A stretch of 64,000 bases of DNA from Takakia lepidozioides (GCA_030704615.1 CM060733.1:19344001-19408000), one strand, 5' to 3'. Shown: positions 23,631 to 37,556, counted from the first letter of the stretch. Translations and numbers: made by a program. Notes: generated by a model from the sequence alone, not told the origin.

Positions 23631-23792
23631 TCATACTTATGATGATAAAAGGGAACAGTACCATGCATTGGAAAAACCGACACCAGGCAAGTGAACAAGA
23701 ACGTCCACTGGATAGCCAAGGTTCACCAAACTCAATTAAAATATTTTATGTCCCAATGCAGTGGCATGCAACTCGTGATTGCTAATGAACTT

Positions 23793-24635
23793 CTACCACC
23801 TATAATCAAAGTCTCTAAGAAATTTGACTGCTGGGTTGTTCTCGAAGAAATCCTTAGTAACGCCGAAATGATGTAGCTCGTTGAATGGCATGACATCCAT
23901 CCCGGATAACCGGAACATGTTAAGGTGAGGCTTGAGCTCTTCTAGTAGAAACTTATCTCTGTCAGGGTCCAGGCGCGCCTTATATTTTGGAAGGAAGATG
24001 GTATGTCCTAACGGGTTCCAGTAGGACTTGTACATATTGTCTATAGTGTCAATGAGAAGAGTATTGGATTTGTAAGCTGTCGGGTCTTCCTCAGCGAAAA
24101 TGTCGTAAAGACGTTTAAAGTAGATGGGGTTTTTGGGAGCTTTAGGCCATTTTTCGTTGAATGTCGATCTATGCATGATGGAATTCTCACTGCTGTAAGT
24201 TCTGACCTGGGAATGGTACTTCCCGAACACGGCCTTGGCGATAGTCTCGACGTTCATTTCAGGTCCAGTGTTCCAAAAACAAACGGCAAACTTTTTGACG
24301 GCCCACTTAACGAATTCATCAAGACCGTTTTGCATAGCTAACTTGAATTTTCCTGCGGAGATACAAAGCTGGGTGGCAGGAGGGGTTTTCTTTCCATCCT
24401 TTAGGTAAACCTCACAAAGGTAAGCAATGTCCAGAATCAGGACGTAGTATCCTGGCCAACATCCGTTCGGTCCCCAAGGAAGGGAATGCAGATCGTTTAG
24501 ATTGACAGAAAAGGAATAGTCGACTGGAGGGTAATGCATGTTGTCATGTGGAATAACAGAAGAGTTCATTATTAATTTCAATTTCAGAAATCCCAAAGTT
24601 GAAAAATGGAAAAATGGAGTTGAAAGCATTACCAT
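23793..24635 (-). CDS. Second, diverged FCP1/NIF-like HAD paralog (possibly catalytically dead); the 5' end is probably spliced to upstream exons
   Basis: LILDIAYL, FAVCFWNTG, YFKRLYDIF, NTLLIDT...KSYWNP align with the adjacent ORF. Confidence 0.6.
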   Translation of the reverse strand: MVMLSTPFFHFSTLGFLKLKLIMNSSVIPHDNMHYPPVDYSFSVNLNDLHSLPWGPNGCWPGYYVLILDIAYLCEVYLKDGKKTPPATQLCISAGKFKLAMQNGLDEFVKWAVKKFAVCFWNTGPEMNVETIAKAVFGKYHSQVRTYSSENSIMHRSTFNEKWPKAPKNPIYFKRLYDIFAEEDPTAYKSNTLLIDTIDNMYKSYWNPLGHTIFLPKYKARLDPDRDKFLLEELKPHLNMFRLSGMDVMPFNELHHFGVTKDFFENNPAVKFLRDFDYRW

Positions 24636-27600
24636 TTTTTGGGGGGGGGCTGCTGAGATCCCTGGGTAGGCTGCTCCTCCTCTTTCCCATCTCTACGGGA
24701 AACGTTATCCTCCTTCTCTGTGGCACCAAATGGCAACCTCGACTGTCCAGTGAAGGTAACTTGTAGGACCAGCTCAGATTGTCCGATCCATTCTTCTCTT
24801 CACCGTCTCAGTCTCATTGGAGTCGGTCCGTGTGTGTTTGATCTCCTCAGATGTTGTCTCACGAATCTACAGGAAATTAAAGAATCCCATGGATGAGGAT
24901 TATGGTGGTCATTACCAAATTGAGCAATACCGAAGATGAGACTCAAAGACCAATAATAAGAGTAATAAGAATAAAGCCAATGTTTTACCCGAATCGGGAT
25001 CTGTTGTTGGATTACGCGCTTTGGTGCTCTGTCTCTTCTCCCTCCCCGCGAGTAGGAGGATTCTCCGACTCATTCCCTGCAGATGGCAACGTTGACTGGA
25101 CAGTGGAGGTTACTTGCAGAACCGGCTCAAGTGACCTGGCCCTCACTGTCAAATCCACGTGTCTCTTCACCGTTTGAGTCTCATTTGAGCCTTTTCGTGT
25201 GTGTGTCATTTCCTCCGAATGGGATTCTTAGATCTACAAGAAAAGTTATCCAAATCGGTTAGTGTTTGTCCACAAAGGTGTGCGAACGGAAATATGTATC
25301 CGGGTGGAAAAATGTTTTATTCGAAAGTCCAGAACAAAGGATATAGAAAAAACATTCGGATTATGCCACTCACAAGTATGTATAATTACAATATTGTCAT
25401 ATTGTATTCAGAAGTGTATACGAATAAAAATTCACTAATTGTCATTCGTTACCTACATCCAGAACCACTTCCTGGGTGACATTTTGGGACACCAGCTATC
25501 GAGGATTGTTAATAGGATCCGGTGACATAATCAATGGCTCATCACCTTCCACAGGTGTGAACCCTTGACCGAAGCTTCAACTAACTCCGTTGATGTCGCT
25601 TCTTGGCCCCCTGGAGAAGCCGGATTTTGATTCGTGGTGTTATCGGAACTGGAGGAAGAGCTCTCCAGATTGTGTACACATTGTGGCGCAACGCGTTCTT
25701 GGGTATTTGGAGTACTACCTAGTTTATCCAACCGGGAGATTTCCTGGCCCTCTCTTTCCCTTTCCCACATTAGTCGCATCTACCCCTGGTCTTCGGTGAC
25801 GATTTCCATGTTCTCATCTTCGTCTTTCTCCTCCTCCTCGTCCGGTTCCTGATCCTTGTCGTGTCCTTCATCATCATCTTCTTCGTCCACTTCGTCATCC
25901 TGTAGTGAGTCTCTTTCATCTCCGTCTCCTGCGATAGTCTAATTATCAATGTGGAGCGTCTTGAAATAAGCCTCCACCTTGCTTCTACAATTTTTTTTTT
26001 TGTTACATAGTTTATGTCAAACACACGAATATTTCTTTCCTGCAATGAAACCAAACAATGAAATCAAAATAAATCCGACAAACTGCAACCATCGAAAGAT
26101 TGAAAGGGTTAGGCTTTCTTTTGAGACAACTAGCAAACACACCAAACTCCCGAATAACAAACACCCAAAACACCCAGAATTCCAATAACATGAACCTCCA
26201 CTGCCCAGTGGAGGTTAACAAAATGGAAAAATTCAGACACAGGTTAAACACCCTATTCCGACAACGTAAAAAAAACACGAGAGTTAAATCCGGTAAATTG
26301 AAAACACAGACAATTCCAAAATGAAGCAAAATCCACTTACAAGCGGAACGTATGTCACTGCCACTCCTCTGAAAATGTTCACACAAGACATCCCATCCCT
26401 GCAAAAAAAAAAAAACCAGTATCCGCCCTCAACTCATGAGTGTTAAGTCCTGCACTCCTTCTCTTGCAAGGTCGGGTCTATATCTGGTCCTTGGATAACG
26501 GGATTAATTGGGTCCGGCGTTAACAAAACAGTTTGAATGTGATCGTCCGAATTCACCATCTCCTCAGCTGTTGCCGAAAATACGTAGTCGAGGCAGAGGA
26601 CCGTCCGGGAGAATATAGTCGTGCAGCTCTTGTAAGGTAATTCAAACTCGCCGGGAATGTAATAACCCTGTCGGATAATAAACGATTTTGATCCAGGGCC
26701 ATTCCGGATGTATGACACAAGATTTCCCGATGATTCTTGTGTCGAGAAAAACACAAAAACATTGGACATGAGCTTCCGAGCCACAAAAGCATCCAGGATA
26801 TTGCCTCGAAGACAACAGAGTCATCATCACAAATTGTATTGACGAACACCATCGATATGTCGTCAAACCGTTTCTTCGGTGCAAGTCCCAACCGTGATCT
26901 GGCATCAACAAAGTTTTGGTTTCCCCCCAGCTGTGTGTAATGCGACCTGAAGTATCGTACGTAGAATCGCCAGGGCATTCTGGTTATCCTCAAAGGTCTG
27001 CTTGCACGACAAGACATACTTCTTGAAGGCAACAGTCATTGGTTGTGTCTCCATATTCATATTACAATGTAGTCGTTCCCGAGCCGATCTCGAAAAGTTT
27101 CAAACTCAGCTTTGTTGAAGTTGTATTTTTTTTTCACATCACGCCACTCCTGTTTGGTATACGGTTCTGGGTTATGTTTGCTCCTCCGAGGCCACCCTAA
27201 GACTTCCATTACATTGTCGATAATAAACCGTCGCAATTTCATGTGGTCAATATACGCGCTCATTGTGTTTTTGGATTTGTCCGCGCCCTTAAATTTCGTT
27301 CCCCGAATGCAAATGTCTCTGTTCAGGATTTTCTCGGCCACTCTTTTCAACTGCCTGCTATTAAGTCCTTGCAGTTTCGCGATAGTGGTTTTATTCGGCG
27401 GTAGCTGTTCACCCTTGCACTGGATCCCGAAAATATCAATAACCTTTCCTTGTTCCCTGGGGGGTGCACTCTTTATAAAATGTCCGTATCATGTGCGTTC
27501 GCCGCCTAATAAAAAAACCCCCTGTATATGGGTCCTTGGATCATTTATACCCCCTCTGTACATACATTTTGAAGATTATAAAACCCCCTCGTGTAAATAT

Positions 27601-28141
27601 ATAGAAATTTGTAATTTTTAAAAAATACCCCCTTATGTATGTATATTTCCCTTTTCAATAATTAAAAAATACCCTCAAATATGTATATGTATGTTTTTAT
27701 ATTATATCAAGTTTATTCATTTAAAATCGAATAAAATCTAATAAATTAATTAAAAAAATTGTTTGCCCTCGATAAAACTTGTTGTGGAATCTCACTTTGA
27801 ACAATATTCAGATGCAGAGAGGAAAGGGACATTGTCAATGCCTGATGTGCAAGAGGCCTGAAAAAAGTTTCCATTTTCTGATATACAGTCCTGGGTATTT
27901 TTCATCAAAGAGTGATCCTCTTGAAGACCATCAAGACCTAGTCACTGCACCTCTGTTCATCAACTAGGACAGTTTCTAAACTTGTTCTACAGTTTCAACC
28001 TTTGCAAGGTCCAATTATGTTCAAAACCTACTGTTGAGAATTCCTCTCCAAAAAGAGTCGTGCACCTTTGCTGCCACTGTTGGAGTCCAACCTGAAGCTG
28101 ATAGAGTTCAATACATTCAATTAGGTGACAAGCATTTCATT

Positions 28142-29580
28142 TCACCAATACTCCCCACAAGAACAAACACCATTTTGGAAGTGGTGAAAGCGGTTTGCAT
28201 CCCGTACAACAATCTCTTGCTTAGCTATCTTTGAGATGAATTTGGTGGCTGTGTGGCAATCACCACACATCCGAAGATTCTTGGTGATCCTCAAAGACAT
28301 CCTAGAGGGTGTGTTGATAAGCCCAAAAACAATGGCCAGCTTCTCATTGTGGTGGCAAAGAGACGATTCTTTAAGCTCTTCCTCAACATCATGCAATGCA
28401 AAGCGCGGGCTTCACCCCTTTGCACATCATTTGCTCATAGGTCTCCAAAGCCTCCATCCCGCGCCCTTGTTGTGCATATCCTGCAATCATCGCACTCCAC
28501 GACAGCACATCTCGTTCAGCCATACCGTTGAACACTCCCTTCATACATGTCCACGAGGGTATTGTTAAGAATGACATTTGATACAATTGCAACCAGAGTT
28601 GACAGGCTTGCACACGCATTGCAAATGTACACAAATGTGATGTGGTCGGGCTTCACCCCTTCCCCTATCATTTGATCATAGGTCTCCAAAGCCTCCATAC
28701 CATGTGCCTGCTGTGCATACCCTGCAAGCATCGCACTCCACAACACCACATCTTGTTCAGCCATGGAAACTCCCTTCGCATCCTTAATGCCCACATTTGG
28801 CATACATGTCCACCAGGGGAGTGTTCAGAATGACATCTGGTACAATTCCAGCTTTGACAATGTCACCATGGACCTCTTTCCCCTTTTCCAGAGCTCGCAG
28901 GCTTGGACACGCATTGCATCCTGCCAACATTATATTCCACGTGATCAAAGATCGTTGAGGCATTCTGTTGAACACTTGGTGAGCATCAATGATGCTCCCG
29001 CACATAACATACAGGTTGACAAGGGTGTTGAGTAGAAAAACATTTGGCGTGAATCCACTTTGGATAATGTGAGTGTGCACCTGCTTTCCAGCTTCGAGAC
29101 CTTCCATCTTGATGCACTTAAGCAAGAGACAGACATACATATCTGAATCTGCTGAACTGCCTCCTTGGTTTAGAGTCTGTAGAGCTTCTGTCAGGCTGTC
29201 GTACAAAGTATCTTCACATGCCCAGAAGTGCCAGAAGAGGCATTGTGGACTCTCTCTCTTGATCCTCTTTCAGAAGCTGTGGTCATGGTTGAGGTGCCTG
29301 ATTTTATCAACTATGCCGCTGCAGCTGCTGCCCTTAGTTGACCATCTACCCATGCAGGTTTCTTGTAGCTACTGACCCCCACATGGAATCAAGGTAATCT
29401 GGAGCTTGAAGTCCAGCCACTCCCTCCGCATCCTCAATGCTCCCACAATGGCATACATGTCCACAAGGGTATTGTTCATAATCACATCCGGTACAATTCC
29501 GGCTTTGGTGATGCAACCATGCACCTCTTTGCCCTTTTCCATGGCTGCAGGCTTGCACACGCACTGCAAACGCACACAAA
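28142..29580 (-). pseudogene. PPR-DYW (RNA editing factor) gene remnant with internal deletions
   Basis: PPR motifs DVVLWSAMLAGYAQ, GKQVHTHII; DYW domain [28 protein letters not shown]. Confidence 0.9.
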
Positions 29581-30027
29581 TGAATTCAAAGGTCAGATGG
29601 TGGGGTCAGCTGCAACATATGTCCAACACCAGATATCCTAAGTTAATCGACTCTATATCTTGGAAACATTGACTCTATATCTTAAAACTACATGCTCTAG
29701 CTTAGGCTTGGATTTCATGGCTAATGGTTCCATCTCGAGACTTGATAATAGGGGTACGTTGAAGGTTGCAATGACCAAAAGTGCTTCTAATTGAGTCCCA
29801 CATCAATTCAATCTCAAAGAAGTTCGTCCCTTGACTGGCTGGAGAGCGGTCTTAGACATTGGTGATTCAATGGGGCGCTCTAGGAAGACAACCAAGGGCA
29901 AGGACTTCAACTTGAGAGTTTCTAATCCGTTTGATGCTATGAATCCATGGGGTAACTGTCCCCCCTTTGCAGAACAGTTGGCCGTCTAGGAGCAATCACA
30001 AGCTACCTAGAACAACAAACAATTCAC

Positions 30028-31491
30028 ATGCAAAGGGCTGGCTTGCGGCTGGCCACTTTCAACTTCTCAGGGTTGACCAACCAAACAACTCGAAGTGGGA
30101 CTAATGATATTCATATCTGTGCTGGGCAGAAACATGGGAAACGTCGGATAAACTGGTTGGAGATGTCAATGGTTATATATGGGCAGGTAAGATGTGTACT
30201 CTCAAGGCAGCCTCTGCCAAATGCAGTAAAAAAGGGGCTGGATTCTTTGTCCATGATTTCTTGTTTGACAATTGTGAAATTATCAACAAGGGTTTGAGGT
30301 ACGAGCATAGTATCTGGCTAAAACTGAATCTGAAGGGCGGCTTGAGTACAAAGGACCTCTTTGTGGGTTGTGTTTACATGCCCACAGAGGGGACCCTTAG
30401 TGCTGACGCAGACAAAGCCTTCGAAGATGTAAAACTGGACTGTGCTTCGTTCCTTGCCAAAGGTCAGGTGGTGCCCTCATTGGGTGACCTCAATGCCCGG
30501 GTGGGCAAAGGGCTCCATCAGGACGATATCACTGGGCCTTCTGGTGAGGACGAGCTGAATTCTATTAACTATCTGGAAGAGCTTCATCTTTTGACCTTGA
30601 ATAACAGGACAAGAGGTGACCAAGTGCAGTGGACTCGTGAGAAATCCCAAACTGGGGAACGTTCCATTGTGGACTATATCATAATGGACAAAAATTTGTT
30701 CCCCCAGTGTGCCAATGTGTTGATCGACAGAACTGATATTGGTACCTCTGACCACTTCCTGGTTTGGACTGAGATCAAAAGGTGTTTTCCCAACACCAGA
30801 GTGAAAGAGATTCTCAAGGACATGGACCTGGATCCGCAAGTCTTGACCCTCTGGATAAATCCGACTTAGAGGCTGTAGTGTCCAAAGCCATGTCTGTTGC
30901 CATGAGATTGTCTAATGAAAATGAAGTTAGGCAGAAAACTTCCCTGAACTTGTTTCCAGTCAGTGACATGGGGGAGGACATCATGGATGACCTCAAGGGT
31001 CCACCCACTCTCGACACTAGACTGAAATTTAAACTCAGGGTAGGAAGCCTACCTTTGAACATCAAACAGAAGCAGAGAGGAAAGGGAGAGTGCACTTCCC
31101 ATTGTGTGGGCAATCTGAAGACAATATTCATATTCTGATACACTGTCCGGGGTTCTCTCATTGATAACGGGTGTCCGTTGAAGGTTGCAATGACCAAAAG
31201 TGCTTCTAATAGAGTCCCACATCAATTCAATCTCAAAGAAGTTCGTCCCTTGACTGGCTGGAGAGCGGTCTTAGACATTGGTGATTCAATGGGGCGCTCT
31301 AGGAAGACAACCAAGGGCAAGGACTTCAACTGCAGATGACCAAGTGCAGTGGACTCGTGAGAAATCCCAAACTGGGGAACGTTCCATTGTGGACTATATC
31401 ATAATGGACAAAAATTTGTTCCCCCAGTGTGCCAATGTGTTGATCGACAGAACTGATATTGGTACCTCTGACCACTTCCTGGTTTGGACTG
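30028..31491 (+). pseudogene. LINE apurinic endonuclease (APE) fragment with local duplications
   Basis: LFVGCVYMP, LGDLNARVG, SIVDYIIM, SDHFLVW. 30617-30771 is duplicated at 31337-31491, and 29757-29908 at 31178-31330. Confidence 0.85.
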
Positions 31492-34400
31492 ACTCAAAAG
31501 AGGACCTCTTGTGTGTGCCTACTTGTGTCTGTAGTCAGGTAACGACGGATTGGTCAGTGAGAACCACCACGGTGCAGCTGAGCACGGCCTGCTAAGACCA
31601 AGCTGACTCTCCCAAGAACCTTATAAACATCTGGAAGAATACCAAATCAGGTACTAATAGGAGGCAAGAGCCCGCAATAGCAGGATGGAAAAAATTCTTC
31701 ACATCGTACCTTAAGAAAACGCCACACCTTGCGATTGCAGTTGTCCCACCATTGTCAATCTTCTAAAAACTCATGCCAAGTCTGCTCAGTGCTGCAAATT
31801 CAGGGCCGACTCTGATGAGAGGGCAAGACAGGCTGAAATAGGTCAAAGAAGAAGGTGCCCTCACCACATTGTTCTTGACCTTAAGTCATGACCCATGGAG
31901 GATTTGCCCTCCCATCAACCCAAAAGGATCGCTTCGGTGTGCTGCTGGTGTCTGTAGTCAGGTAATGTCGGATTGGTCTTTGAGAAACCACCACAAAATG
32001 GCCTGCTAAGACCAAGCTCACTCTCCCCTAAACCTTGTAAACATCAGGAAGAATACCATGCCCTGTGGAGAGGAGGGGAGAGGAGAGGAGGGAAAAGAGA
32101 AAGCCCGCGGAAGGGAAGGCAAACGTGGGAGAGGAGTGGAGAGGAGATAAGAGGAGGAGAGGGAAAAGAGAAAGCCGCGGGAGGGAAGGGGAGAAAGATC
32201 ACGGATAGAAAAAAAAAGAAAAAAAAAGAAACAAAAGGATGATCCCGCGATGCATCGCGGCCTAAACACCGCTCTTACCACTACACTATCCCTTAAAACT
32301 CAGCAGACCCCTCCTGTAAAATTATATTTAAGGTGTTTTAAACCCCCCTCTGTATGTATAATGTTGTACATGGGGGGGTTTAAAATGCCCCCTCCTGTGC
32401 ACGCACGTGGCTGGTACATTTAATGAGGAATGCACCCCCCAGGCCTTGTTCCCACTGTTTGAACACTTCCTCCCACAAGTGCCATACGTTTTCGTCACAA
32501 AGAACCAGAATCATGGCCTCCTTCACGCTACTCATCTCCAGTATGAGTTGATATGCTTGCATAAATTCCTGCGAAAATAATCAGGGCCAAAGTTAGACAT
32601 TTCATTCGATATTTGATATTAATTTTTGAGATGAAACAATAGTCACAACTAATATGTCAATTATATTATACTCCAAATGATGATTTGATTGCCAATTCAT
32701 CTCCGTCCATCTTGTTGTGCTTTGTAATTTGAAGCTCTTTCTGTAGTGTCTCCTGCTTCGGAATGCGGTGCTCCTCCAAGTCAAATTTGTCCAATCTGTT
32801 CATGTTCTCCACCGGGAACAGTTCCAATAGTGTGCCTAGAAAATCCTTGAAAAACCCAATGACCATGAAAACTTTTGGAAGCGTTCTCCGCAACATCACG
32901 TTTTCATGATCATATGATGTTTCAAGTATTTTTGCAGCACATTTGCAGAACTGTTACAGGTAGAGAACATAAATAGATTGGGAAAAGAACAGCTGGACAA
33001 GCACCTCATTACCAAACAAGACACATTACAAAAGACCCCATCATGTCGAATTTCCGAATGCTGAACCATCTCGCTCGTTCATTGTCCCACCCTCCCTTAT
33101 GAAGCTATTTTTGTAGTGTCTCTTGCTTCGTAATGCAGTGCTCGTAATGCGGTCTCCGTTCGTCACATTAATTGAAAATATTTTGGTTCTCTAGCAAAAG
33201 GAACAGAAAACACAATGAATCATTTACCTTCCATTGTCTAGTCTCCGACTTCGTTGTGTGATCGTTGTACTTTTTCGGCATCCCCCTCAGCTCGAAGAAA
33301 TTTCGGGCATGTGCAACTTTCTCGGGAAATGTTGTGTCAAATTTTTGTGCCTTATTCGGGTCGTTTAGGAGCTTACATAACTTCACGAGCCTCATCGGAT
33401 CCTTTGACCATATAATCTTTGAGGGCCAGTCAGTGTAGTACTTCTTAAGATTGTCGTCGTCCACGTCTTGCACAAGTTCCTACGACAGAATTGCATAAGG
33501 TCAGAAATGATATCGACCTAACAAACATGTTGTTTAAGGTTCGTGAACCTCCACTGTCCAGTGGAGGTTCATGTTGTTACAAAAATTGGAATTTGTTGAG
33601 AAATATACCTTGGCAGCAATGATCGTGTGTTGTCCACCGATGACGAAGAATCTGGAATTTTCCATCTCCTTCCAGTTTCGAGGTTTCGAACTAGAAACCT
33701 CCATAGGCTTCTCGGAGTTTGCGGGAATCCTCCTCCCGCGTCTTTGCAATCTCCTTACCCTTTAAGTAAAGCACATCCAATAAAATACCCCAAGCCATGC
33801 AAAAACCTTCATCTGTAAATTGAGTACCCTCGTCGCAATATGTGAACCCTGTCCGAATGTACTATCTCATCATGGCCTTCCTTAGAATTCGTACCTCCAG
33901 TTTGAAGCCAAACGTTCTGGGAAATCTACCATCTTCCATCATGAACATTACTAGCATCGGAAATTCCACCTCCATCTCCAGCTCTACGTCGACCACATCT
34001 GCATATTTGAGCTCGGCGACCTCTGCACCAATCTTGTAGTGGAACCGGAACTTATGGTCCGGAGGTGTTCCAACGGGTACAATGCCCCATTCTGTGATCT
34101 CCGGGTTGAGCTCAAAAATTGCCAGATGATCATTCTTGAAATTCGGAGATTTTCGAGAAACAAATGAACCACAGATAGGTTTGCACATTCCAACAATACA
34201 ATCCCTGGGGGTGATGTTGTTGTCCACAAAACAAACCACCTCTGTCGTCAGACACATATCATAACAACCATACAAAACTCCTAGGACAGTAACCTCCACT
34301 GTCCAGTGCCATAGTTGGCAGATAAAAGAATTCAATTCAGGAGAAAAAAAAGATTTCACTCAAAAGATGAAAAAATATTTATTCAGAGAAGGCTCGTCTC

Positions 34401-34524
34401 GTGGATACCATACATCACGCGGTCTCAAAATTGTTCGAATAACGAATACCTAATATCTACAAGAACTCGATATACTTTTGTAAGATGAGGTTCATCTTTT
34501 CATTTTCTTATATCTACAATAATT

Positions 34525-35143
34525 ACAGGAGGCTCTCTCGAATCATCTTGAGGGTTTCAGGGGAGTACTCTCTAGGGGTATATGTCGGAGAATCTCCAGA
34601 GATGTATTCTGGAGAATCTCCAGGTACGTACTGAGGAGAATCTGCAGGGACGTATTCTGGAGAATCAGCAATGACATATTCTGGAGAAATTACAAAGACA
34701 GATACTGGATACTGAGGAGAGTCAGGACTCTATCCGGGAGAGGACGGAATGATGGATCCCGGGGATTGTTCACTATCTCCTACAGAAATGTCATTATCTG
34801 AATAAGACTGAAGATTGCACTCATCACTTACATCTTTCTCTTCCTCTGTTTCCTCCGTTGTCTCCTGTCGAATAACTCCCTCGAACATTGATTCGTCAGT
34901 GCCCGGATTTATGAAGGTTCGCACGTCAGAGCCCACATCTGATATTTGATTCTCAGATCTCTTCTTGAAGGTTTTTGTTTTTGATAAAACCAGTGACGCG
35001 TCTTGGTTTTCTGCTTCGTTGATGTTTACTGAATTATGTCTCCTTGGCCTCTTACAGATGTCGACGACTGTCTCAGAACCATCTTTAGCCACCGTGTGCA
35101 CTCCTATGCACCTTCTTTTTATACTGACAGAACAAAAAATCAA
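34525..35143 (-). pseudogene. Acidic protein exon ending in 8-aa Ser-Pro-Tyr repeats (Pol II CTD-like); in-frame TAG at 34730
   Basis: A 24-bp tandem repeat at 34560-34725 translates SPEYVIAD-SPEYVPAD-SPQYVPGD-SPEYISGD-SPTYTPREYSP. Confidence 0.55.
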
Positions 35144-37556
35144 CGCAGGGGAGGCACCAACATAAGTCTATCCCAAAACATCCTTATGTTGTGCCTTGGC
35201 ATAGTAACACGCAAGAACCTCCACTGGGCAGGCAAGGTTCATGTGGTTTGTCCTGCCGGAGTTTATGGAGGTCTACTAGAGGTCTAGTGGTCTACGGAGA
35301 CTAGTCTCCTACAGTAGCCTAGGCCCGAAGAAAAACCCGTTTTCAAATATCGGAAATTCAAAAAACCAATCGCAAAAAACCATGATCCTAACCTGCCATA
35401 ACCCTAATCCATAACCCTAATAATCCAGCAGCACCAGTAAACCAGGACCACAAACCACCCATACCAACCACCCATACAAACCACCAGCAGAGAAGCAGCA
35501 ATGTATTGAAACACCTAAACAGCTTTAATCAATTCAAACTAATTGAAACAGCTTTGGAACCAATGAATTGAAATAAGATGCTCCGCATCAGACAAGACAT
35601 CATATTCACGAAACGTGACATGCAAGAAACAAATGGTGCTCTATAACCTCTGGAACAAAAGCGAGTGAGGAAACAGAACAAACCAACAGCGACGTGGGCG
35701 ATGCTGACCAACAAAAGCAACAACAAAACAAAAAGAAAAGCAAATAAAAAAACAGAATAAACTGAAACAGCATAACAATAGCAAACCAACATATCAAAAC
35801 AAGCCAGAGCGAGCCAGAGAGAATGACATCAAACCAGATAGAAACTGTAAACGAGAACATTACCTACTGGATGCCTAAGCCATTTCGGTGCCCCTATTGC
35901 TGACCTGAAACGCCTAACCCTTAAGCTTCCACCGCTCCACTCCTCTCTCCCTTACGCTCTGCTTCCCTCCCGTCTCCTGTCTACACTTGAATCCGCTGTC
36001 TGCTTGCTTTCCTCCACTGCACTCTCACGCTGCACTGAACTGCACGCTCTCTTCTCTCTGCTCTCACGACACCCTGCACAACACGCTCTCTGCTCTTCAC
36101 GCTCTCCCCTCTTCAAAACTTTTTTTTTTCTAGCACTAGTCTCTCTTAGCACTTCCGCAGCGCTCCCCCGTATACAATGGAGTGCTGAAATGATGGGCTG
36201 ATTGACCACACCCCTTATATGGTGCCGTCGCAAATGATATGAACCATCGCGTCCTTTCGAAATCGAACGGTCGCGCGTGTTCCATCCAACATCCATGCAA
36301 ATATCATCCAATTCATCATTTACATTCTGTCCATCCATTTTACGAATGATTAGATGAAATGAAAAAACAGATGAATGAACGAGAAAATATGACGTTAATG
36401 TTCCCTTGCACATGATCATCAGTTATAACCCTGCGGGATATTTCCAATACCCCACACATGACGATAAATGAAATGTACAAGTCATATCCTCCTGCGGCAT
36501 TTTGCCGCTTGGAATTATTGCTCTTGACCATGTCTACATTCGGCGGATTAAGGCTTGGAATATTTCCTCTCTCACTTATTTACACCCGCCGCATTCTCGG
36601 CCGAGTGTCATAGCTGCACAATTTCATGAAACGCTTATCAACGGCGTCAGGCCTTGATCCACTTGGACAACATTGAATGCGAAATACGTACTTCTTTATA
36701 AGCACGAGTACGAAACCATTGAACCACCATTATCGTTCTGGCATCATAATTGTTACATAGGGTTCTACCAGTAAAGGACACTCATTTCCGAAATCGGTCA
36801 AAGAGCGCACTCCTGCACCATCCAGAACCGTTCGATTGTGGCCATATCGGATATCAACGGCGCCGAAAATCGATCCGCAAGACAATGTATCGCATTATCC
36901 CATTGGAGGAGTTCTAGCGGGCAACCTGGTTTCCACCTGTATATAAGGTCTGAGTGCAAACTGTTCAAACTTCTATCTCCATACCTCTCACTTGCAGATT
37001 GTGTTTCCTGCACCTCTCTAGTCATCTCCCACCTCACTGCCCATAGTGCACCTCTCTAAGCATCCTGTACCTCTGTGGCCATCGCAGGTGTACCTCTCTG
37101 AAATTTCCACAATCTCTCGTGTGAACTGCATTTTCTCCTGTAGAAAATGTTATGACATCTATCTGTTTTCGATAGTCTACAGGAAAATCTACTTATTTCT
37201 CATCTGCATGTTTAGAAATTACAGTCCAATATTCTTCTTTCGCTGTATTTGTCTATCTCTCCAATTTCTGTATTTCGTCATCCCTCAAGTCGTGGACCTC
37301 CACTGGACAGTCGCGTCAATGCTCACATTCATCCGTCATTATTCATCCACGTAACCATATTCATCCACTAGTATTCATCCGTCCGACTTTTTCTTTGTTG
37401 ACCAGAACGTACAGCAGGCCAGGATCCAGCACACTAGAAACAAAGGACGAGAACGTCCACTGGACATTTGAGGTTCAGTGCGACATAAGAAGATAACAAA
37501 AAGGATCCCCCAACGCAAACAAGAAGGGCCATATAGAGATTTTTTTTTTTTTTTTC

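Larger units (their letters stand above)
27456..32443. mobile_element. Non-autonomous Pack-type TIR element (hAT- or MULE-like) with 8-bp TSD
   Basis: TIR CCTGGGGGGTGCA..T..AAATGT at both ends. TSD CCTTGTTC at 27448-27455 and 32444-32451. Subterminal CCCCTCTGTA-like motifs. Confidence 0.88.
26443..34240 (-). pseudogene. Multi-exon transposon-borne gene with ParB/Srx-like motif, disrupted by the Pack insertion
   Basis: FFVIGGQHTIIAAK|ELVQDVDD across a GT-AG intron (33608-33480). The reading frame FKQWEQG|KVIDIFG is restored when 27456-32451 is removed. Confidence 0.55.
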
